Part shown: positions 8,576 through 14,444 of the stretch, piece by piece
Layout: every line of letters begins with the position of its first letter
Numbering within the stretch: position 1 is the stretch's first letter
Origin: Acytostelium subglobosum
Taxonomy: Eukaryota
DNA length: 14,444 nt
Assembly (NCBI RefSeq): GCF_000787575.1
Contig: NW_012236516.1
Coordinates: 470,535 to 484,978, forward strand
Direction: 5' to 3'
Notes under the pieces: model-generated
What the model saw: the letters and a program-made list of their open reading frames with translations, nothing else
What the model was told of the DNA's origin: nothing
The model's database searches: none
Translations under genes and position numbers: made by a program

Positions 8576-10716
8576 ATGACAGAAGTATTCAATAATACAA
8601 TCACTGGATCATCCAATGATATTTGGTACAATTATCTGTCAGTTGGAGATAAAGATATTACAGGCAATTTAATTGTTGCCAATAATAATAACAATAATAT
8701 AAATAATAATAATTATAATAATATGTTAAACAAGTCATTGGACATGTTTGACGCATTCACAACAAATGCAAATGGTGGCTTGACATCACAGGCTGGCAGC
8801 ACAAAGACATCGATGGGCTTTAATCAGCCACCATCGTTCACAATGTACAACACTGGCGGATCACACTCCAATTCGCCAATCCCAATGCTAAACAACGACG
8901 GCACTACAAGCCCCACCTACTACCTCAACCTCAGCATGGGCGTCCCCGTCAACACTGTGACGGTCGACCCAGAGACAGTGCAGGAAATACCAATCCCAAT
9001 CCCACAGTTCACCAGCGAGCCACCCATCACAACATCGGCAGTGCCCTCGTCGTACTGTTCGCCATCGCCATCGAGCTCACATTCGAGCCCAATTCAAGAC
9101 TTCCAATATATGTCGCCACAATCTCCACAGCAACAACAGCAGCAACAACAGATGTCACCACAGCAACATCAACAACAACAATACTCCTCCTCTCCTCTTC
9201 AAGTCATCGAGACAACATACACACCAGACTATAACGTCGTCTTCAACTATGTACAAAAGCACACGCCCAAGTCCGACATGGTCCCATTGAACAATCCATT
9301 CCAATTGACCAATCAGCAACAAGTTGCCATTCCAATCCAGCAGCAACATCAACAGCAACCACAACAACAACAACAGAGCAACTCATTCAACAGGTATGTG
9401 TATCCCATGACATTGATTGACTTGTTACTAACATCTTGGCAACACCAGCAATGAATATGATGATATGCTCGACAAGCCATTCTCAAAGGACTACTTCTTC
9501 AATCAACTAAAGAGCGCAGTACCAGCCTTTGTTGAACCACAGGAGAATGCAATGAATGATGATCAAGCGTCAAACGACGACAGCAGCTCTTCACCAGAGT
9601 CTGATGGCGACTTGGCACTGTGCTCAAAGAAGAGAGGCCGCGAGGAGGTCATCGACCTGTCTGGCGCCACCATCCTCAACAAGGATCAGGTGCTCAAGCT
9701 GACATCTCGCGAGATCGAGGAGTACGTCTCCAAGCTGAAGCAGAACCACATCCTGTCGCCCAGCCAAGAGAAGGAGCTGAAAAAGCAACGCCGTCTAATC
9801 AAGAACCGCGAGTACGCCTCGCAGTCGCGCTCCCGTCGCAAGGTGTACGTCGAGTCGATCGAGTCCAAGCTCCAGCGTTCGGCCAATGAGAACGCCTCGA
9901 TCAAGAGCCAGCTCACCACCATGAAGGATGAGAACCGCGAGCTCAAGAAGCAACTATTCACTCTAACCCAAACCCTCAAGTCAAACCCATCACTAGCCGA
10001 AGCATTTGGTAAGGTCTTTTCGATAGGCAATGCCGGCTCTAAGAAGACAGCCGCCACTGTTTCCCTTTTTGTAAGTATCCAACGACCTCTCCACCTCATC
10101 CATTGTCCTCCTCCAATGAGCGCGGTACTAATACAAGTCCTCTTCCCAACCAATCAATTAGGTATTCTGTGTTCTATTTACATTAACCTTCCTGTTCCCC
10201 GTCCAACCAACCGCACATTTCCAACAACCATCAGGGTATGTACACCAACTCCTCACTCACTCATTCCAATCAATCAATCAGCGACTAACATTAATATCAC
10301 ACAGCACCGCATTCGTTCACCGTAACCTCTTGGACTTTGATATCAGCGAGCCAGTCAAAGTGACCTACGTCGACCGTACTCTACAACTAAAGAATCAAAT
10401 ACTGGATGAGACTAAAGCATTTGTATCCAACCTACTTGGCAATATCAACGGACTGTCAACAAACGATAAGAAGAAATACGAAGCCGACTACCTAAAGCAT
10501 ATCTCGGCCAAGTCCTCAGCCATGATGAGCAACTCCACTGCCCTCCACGTTCCATCCTCTCCAACAACACTATCTACCAGTGCTGCGCCCACGACCAGCA
10601 GATTAAGCACACAACGTCCAACTAAGAGACTGAGGACACACGTAATCGAGGAGCCATCTTCCCCACTGACATGCTCGTCTCCACTTTCCTCCTCAGACAT
10701 GTCTGATGATGAATGA
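8576..10716 (+). CDS. ATF6/CREB3/plant bZIP28-like membrane-tethered bZIP transcription factor. Four exons: 8576..9393, 9449..10070, 10162..10235, 10305..10716. About 641 aa.
   Basis: Exon 1 is N-, Q- and S-rich low complexity (a putative activation region) and ends AG|GTATGTG. The intron has a TTACTAACA branch and a CACCAG acceptor. Exon 2 carries ...LTSREIEEYVSKLKQNHILSPSQEKELKKQRRLIKNREYASQSRSRRKVYVESIESKLQRSANENASIKSQLTTMKDENRELKKQLFTL. This matches the ATF6 basic region [32 protein letters not shown] and bZIP28 KRRARLVRNRESAQLSRQRKKHYVEELE, followed by a leucine zipper. Exon 2 ends ...KKTAATVSLF|GTAAGT. Exon 3 encodes VFCVLFTLTFLFPVQP, a TM helix containing Pro. Exon 4 begins GTAFVHRNLLDFD, where RNLL resembles the S1P site RxxL/RHLL placed about 18 aa after the TM. 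A Ser/Thr-rich luminal tail follows. Stop TGA at 10714-10716. Confidence 0.75.
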
Positions 10717-10763
10717 ATAAAGTAATATAACTTGTATCATATAATATATCAAATCGTTTATTG

Positions 10764-12011
10764 TTAGAGTCTTTCGATTACTATTGCCGAGGCACCTCCA
10801 CCTCCATTGCAGATGCCTGCCACACCTATCTTGCCACCTCTCTTGTGGAGAATGTGTGTGAGGGTAGTGAGGATACGTGCGCCTGATGCACCAAGTGGAT
10901 GACCAAGTGCCACTGCACCTCCATTGACATTGACCTTGTCCAAGTTGATATTGAGCAGTTGTCCATTGGCAATTGGTACGCAAGAGAATGCTTCATTGAT
11001 CTCAAAGTAGTCGACTTGATCGATGCTGATGCCAGAGTTGGCGAGTGCCTTGGGGATGGCCAATGCGGGAGCCATGGGGAACTCGATTGGAGCACGTTCG
11101 GCATCGGCGAAACCAATGATCCTGGCCAATGGTTTGATTCCAAGTTCCTTGGCCTTGGACTCTGCCATAAGTATGATAGTGGCAGCGCCATCATTCAACT
11201 TGCTAGAGTTGGCAGGTGTCAGCACCCCATCCTTTGTGAATGATGGTTTGAGGTTTGGTATCTTCTCAAACTTTGCTCTCTTTGGTTCCTCGTCCTCCTT
11301 CACTATCAAGTCTGGGCCACCCTTCTGAGGTACTGGTACAGGTACAATCTCATCCACAAACGCTCCATTCTTCTGAGCTTCAATAGCTCTCGTGTAGCTC
11401 CTCACACAATACTCATCATTCTCCTGTCTTGTAATGTTCATCTTCTTTGAAGTGTCCTCTCCACATACTCCCTAACATGTCAACATCCATGTTAGTGATC
11501 AATAAAACAATCAATGAAGTTGAATCATACATACCATTGCAATGTCATCATATGCATCTGATAGGCCATCACGGACGAGTCCATCGATCATTGATACATT
11601 GCCATACTTGGCACCATATCTAAGTTTGTCGACGTAGTAGGGTACATTGGACATGGACTCGAATCCACCTGCAACAATCACTTTTGATTGTCCAAGTAGA
11701 ATTGATTGAGCTCCATACATCACACTCTTCATACCAGAAGAGCAGACCTTATTAACTGTTGTACATATTACACTATGAGGTAGACCTGCACCCAATGCTG
11801 CTTGACGTGCAGGTGCCTGTCCAAGATTGGCAGAGATCACATTACCAATGATTGCTTCATCCACTTGTTTAGGATCCAGACCAATACTATTCAATGCATG
11901 TTGGATTGACAATGATTGAAGTTTTGGTCCAGGAACAGTTGACAAAGTGCCTCCCAGTGCACCAATAGGTGTGCGATTGGCTGCGACAATAACAACCTGG
12001 TCTCCAATCAT
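10764..12011 (-). CDS. ERG10: Acetyl-CoA C-acetyltransferase (acetoacetyl-CoA thiolase). Two exons on the minus strand: 11535..12011 and 10764..11471. About 394 aa.
   Basis: Exon 1 is MIGDQVVIVAANRTPIGALGGTLS...CTTVNKVCSSGMKSVMYGAQSILLG...DAYDDIAM, with the thiolase N-terminal active-site Cys motif NKVCSSG. The intron has a GTATGT donor, a TCACTAAC branch and a TGTTAG acceptor (plus 11472..11534). Exon 2 is GVCGEDTSKKMNITRQENDEYCVRSY...NGGAVALGHPLGASGARILTTLTHILHKRGGKIGVAGICNGGGGASAIVIERL*, with the thiolase C-terminal motifs GHPLGASG and CNGGG. The start is the complement of 12009-12011 and the stop is the complement of 10764-10766. No obvious mitochondrial presequence, so a cytosolic ERG10 type. 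Confidence 0.92.
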
Positions 12012-12564
12012 TGATGATGTTCTGAAATATCTGGAAGTTATTTTAATCTACATGATTGATAGATTGATTGTCATGTCTTGAGTTAGTTAGTTTGGAACAC
12101 TGATTGGACGAATGATTGAAATAGTGATTGATATTTACAAGTGATTGTTTGTTATTTAGTATTGTTTTGGATAACATCTTATTTGTTATACAATTATCTG
12201 TTTATTATATATTTTGGAAAGGATTTAAAGAGTTGTATTTATAAACATATGTCCATCTTAATTTATACAACCTTGTTTGTTCAAATGGAATGGAACCAAA
12301 TTGATTCTCTTGACTTTCACACCCCACATGTCCACTTGGGCCTTGACATTCATTCCCAAATTAGGTCACATGATCAAACCAAACACACTCTCACAATCAT
12401 GTTGCCATCTTGTCCTCCATGTTTGAAGACCCAACCTGTAATAAAACAAAGGGACTATGTTCTGTCCTGGTTATAAATCAAATCACTTTAATGATCCACT
12501 GGAGCAGCCCAGTATTATGACTTGAAGTTCGAGCAAAGTGAGGTTTGTCTATCTATGTATCTGA

Positions 12565-13365
12565 TTATGGCTTGAGAGTGACGAGCTCATTCTCCTCGTG
12601 CATCTCCTTGATAATGTCAAAGCCACCGACTAGACTGCCATTGATGTAGAGTTGTGGATAGGTCTTCCAGTTGGAGTACTCCTTCAGACCCTCACGAACG
12701 GTGGGGTCCGACAGGATGTTGAACGAGTCGAATGTGAAGCCATCCTTGTTGAGAATGGCAACGGTCTTGCTGCTGAAGCCGCATTGTGGTGCATCGGGTG
12801 TGCCCTTCATAAAGAGCATGACTGGTGCTTTGTTGACCAGTGCGTGTAGACGTTCCTTTAGATTGGCCTTCTCCTTCTCCTCCTGTTGCTTGATGCGATC
12901 GAGTACCTCTTGAGATGGTGCTTCCTGTGCGTCAACCACAACGTCTGTGGCCTTTGATGAGAACTGCAATGACTTCATTGTGAGTGCTGATGGGTCTGCG
13001 CCAAGAACACTCTCTACAACAGCTTTATCCTTTATAAAGAAGTATGATGGTACTGACTTGATGTCATACTTTAATGATATCTCAGTTGCTTTCTCTGCTT
13101 CGATCTGTTTGTATCATTGTAATTGATTGATTGGTTGATTGATTGAATGATTGAGTGAGTAATGCAACTCTATATGTATCATCATCTTGCTACATACATT
13201 GGCAAACTTAAGCTTTGGACATTGAGTGGAGAGTTGTTGGACGATGGCATTCATTGATGCACATGGCTTTGACCAATCAGCCCAAAAGTTCAAGACAACG
13301 TACTTGTTGCTAGTCAGGAAGTCATTGAGCTCTGCCAATGTAGTAATAACTTGAGGTGAAACCAT
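12565..13365 (-). CDS. GRX3: Monothiol glutaredoxin of Grx3/Grx4/PICOT type, an N-terminal thioredoxin-like domain plus a C-terminal CGFS glutaredoxin domain. Two exons on the minus strand: 13198..13365 and 12565..13104. About 235 aa.
   Basis: Exon 1 is MVSPQVITTLAELNDFLTSNKYVVLNFWADWSKPCASMNAIVQQLSTQCPKLKFAN. The WAxWxxPC Trx-like motif with a single Cys matches yeast Grx3 FHTSWAEPCKAL. The intron has a GTATGT donor and a CAAACAG acceptor (plus 13105..13197). Exon 2 is IEAEKATEISLKYDIKSVPSYFFIKDKAVVESVLGADPSALTMKSLQFSSKATDVVVDAQEAPSQEVLDRIKQ...LVNKAPVMLFMKGTPDAPQCGFSSKTVAILNKDGFTFDSFNILSDPTVREGLKEYSNWKTYPQLYINGSLVGGFDIIKEM...*. It contains the CGFS active site and the WPTxPQLYI motif. Confidence 0.88.
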
Positions 13366-13921
13366 TTTGTATTTATATATTTATATATTTATGTATGTTA
13401 TATATGTTTAATTGTTTGAATAAATGAATGTACTTCATTCAAAGTGTTCGTCAATACCAACTTTTGAGAGATTCAAACACTTTTGTTGACAACTAAACAT
13501 GATGATGTTGGGGTCAAAGGTGGAATAACATTCCATTGACAGTCCTCCAACAAGCAGTAGTATTTAATTATACATCGACTTCAACCTTGACAACTCTGTC
13601 TCTTTTATGTTCATGCAATCACCCAACACTTGACATTTGATTAACAAACCAATACATTATTGTGATATGAGCAGGTCCAACAGCCTCAACAACATGAGTT
13701 TGTAGTAATGATATGTATACTAGCCAGTGTATGTGTAGTTGATCAAGTGCGTCAGATTGTGAATGAATGAGAGTAGTGCTGACGAGGCCTCCTTCGAACC
13801 CCATCACTCTCATTCACCCAAGCCCACTCCATCAGCAACATAATGCAGTCCCTCCACGTGCTTCATGTGTTCATTGTTAGATATACATAGAGATAATCAA
13901 ACAATAGTAATAATAGTAATA
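13366..13921. promoter_or_regulatory. Divergent intergenic promoter shared by GRX3 (minus strand) and the DUF393/DCC oxidoreductase gene (plus strand).
   Basis: About 555 bp lie between the ATG at 13365 (minus strand) and the ATG at 13922 (plus strand). The region is AT-rich, with tatttatatatttatatatttatg at 13371-13395. Confidence 0.4.
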
Positions 13922-14444
13922 ATGTTATCGTCATCCTATTCTCCTGCCAGTCCACCTCGTTCCATTCTTCTGTTTGATGGAGTGTGCAACTTCTGTGAAG
14001 GCGTCGTTCAATTCATTAGCCAGAGGGATACAGAGAGACGCTTCCATTTCCAAGCACTGCAGACTGAGAAAGGACATGAGATACTAGACTACTATCACCT
14101 ACCCAAGGATCTATCAACTGTCGTACTAATCGAAGAGGAGACTGGTACCTACTATCTCAAATCAACCGCCATTCTAAGAGTACTCTACTACCTCAAAGTA
14201 AGTCATCCTCCCCTCTCTATCTCTCGTTCACTCACTTGTCTAACTCAATCAATCAATCAATCAAACATACTAGTATCCATATCCAATGCTCTATCCATTC
14301 ATTTATATACCTCAATTCATTAGAGACTATTGTTATGCTACGTTTGCTCAGTATCGTTACAAGTTGTTTGGAAAGAAGGATACAGATCGTTGTATTGTCA
14401 ACAATCAATTGAAGACAATGTTCATCGATTGGAAGAGTCCATTC
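13922..14444 (+). CDS. DUF393/DCC-family putative thiol-disulfide oxidoreductase (YuxK-like), truncated by the window end. Exon 1 is 13922..14197 (possibly extending to about 14238). A second exon begins at about 14326 and runs off the window.
   Basis: MLSSSYSPASPPRSILLFDGVCNFCEGVVQFISQRDTERRFHFQALQTEKGHEILDYYHLPKDLSTVVLIEEETGTYYLKSTAILRVLYYLK matches the DCC family signature (LFDGxCxLCxxxVxFxxxRD...FxFxALQS...VLLVE.G....S.A.L.I.R.L), with a CxxC at CNFC. A GTAAGT donor sits at 14198. The downstream frame 14325..14444, DYCYATFAQYRYKLFGKKDTDRCIVNNQLKTMFIDWKSPF, matches the family C-terminus (..IARNRFKWFGKKDQC). The intron-exon junction in between is ambiguous. The first in-frame ATG at 13865 would add 19 aa, but 13922 was chosen because the A-rich context and the family N-terminus fit better. 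Confidence 0.6.

Noticed and set aside
9620-10153. Track ORFs 9620..9889 (plus strand) and 9686..10153 (minus strand).
   Set aside because: Alternate-frame or antisense shadows of bZIP exon 2. The bZIP frame carries the conserved basic region and zipper.
10826-11328. Track ORFs 10826..11194 (minus strand), 10899..11243 (plus strand) and 11023..11328 (plus strand).
   Set aside because: Alternate frames or antisense of thiolase exon 2. The thiolase frame has the GHPLGASG/CNGGG motifs.
12141-12476. 111-aa plus-strand ORF between thiolase and GRX3.
   Set aside because: Very AT-rich, hydrophobic low-complexity translation with no homology. It lies in the thiolase upstream region, which reads as CAATCA repeats in the thiolase sense. 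Judged non-coding.
12652-12913. Plus-strand ORFs 12652..12849 and 12671..12913.
   Set aside because: Antisense to GRX3 exon 2.
13619-13813. 64-aa minus-strand ORF in the GRX3/DCC divergent promoter.
   Set aside because: No homology and no splice signals. It sits in the intergenic promoter and is probably spurious.
14198-14325. Exact intron boundaries of the DCC-family gene.
   Set aside because: A GTAAGT donor at 14198 plus the AG at 14322-14325 does not keep the conserved C-terminal frame (DYCYATFAQYRYKLFGKKD). Keeping KVSHPPLSISRSLT as coding requires a weak GTCTAA donor at about 14239. The data cannot decide between these, so the junction is left unresolved rather than guessed.
1-14444. 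Prokaryotic-style features: CRISPR arrays, operons, IS elements, toxin-antitoxin or defense islands.
   Set aside because: The sequence is clearly eukaryotic (spliceosomal introns, ATG-only RP exon, ANP32, tail-anchored E2). No direct-repeat/spacer arrays, no RBS-led polycistrons and no transposase-like ORFs were seen.

Overview
This window is eukaryotic nuclear DNA. Nothing prokaryotic (operons, CRISPR arrays, IS elements) is present.

It is gene-dense, with nine protein-coding genes on both strands. All are interrupted by short spliceosomal introns of about 60-220 nt with GTAAGT/GTATGT/GTGAGT donors, TACTAAC-like branch points and YAG acceptors. Overall GC is roughly 40%. Poly-Thr, poly-Gln and poly-Asn codon runs are frequent, and so are CAATCA and CATTCA tetranucleotide repeats. 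Together this looks like an early-diverging fungus or a related unicellular opisthokont or amoeboid protist. The exact taxon cannot be fixed from sequence alone.

The supplied ORF track treats TTG/GTG/CTG as starts, so many of its M residues are not real ATGs. Most of its ORFs are exon fragments or antisense/alternate-frame shadows of the true spliced genes.

Genes called, start to end:
1. 3' end of an unknown charged coiled-coil protein (plus strand).
2. UBE2J1/UBC6-type tail-anchored E2 (minus strand, 3 exons).
3. ANP32/LANP acidic leucine-rich nuclear phosphoprotein (plus strand, 4 exons).
4. Ribosomal protein eL43/L37a whose first exon is only the ATG (plus strand, 3 exons).
5. A large multi-exon gene whose single reading frame joins an N-terminal RNA polymerase II CTD-interacting (CID) domain to an F-box plus Cys-containing LRR/ankyrin-like repeats (plus strand, 9 exons). 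This is an unusual architecture.
6. An ATF6/CREB3/bZIP28-like membrane-tethered bZIP factor with a post-zipper TM helix and an S1P-like RNLL motif (plus strand, 4 exons).
7. Acetoacetyl-CoA thiolase, ERG10-type (minus strand, 2 exons).
8. Grx3/PICOT-type Trx-Grx(CGFS) monothiol glutaredoxin (minus strand, 2 exons).
9. DUF393/DCC-family CxxC thiol-disulfide oxidoreductase, truncated by the window end (plus strand).

No tRNA, rRNA or transposon was recognised.

Other observations:
- CAATCA repeats in introns and UTRs are oriented with the transcript sense.
- A perfect (CAT)n/(ATG)n hairpin lies between two convergent 3' ends.
- A head-to-head pair of thiol-redox genes shares a divergent promoter.
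- ACGTG-, AP-1- and CRE-like motifs plus a mini-exon-like ATG...GTGAGT lie upstream of the bZIP gene.
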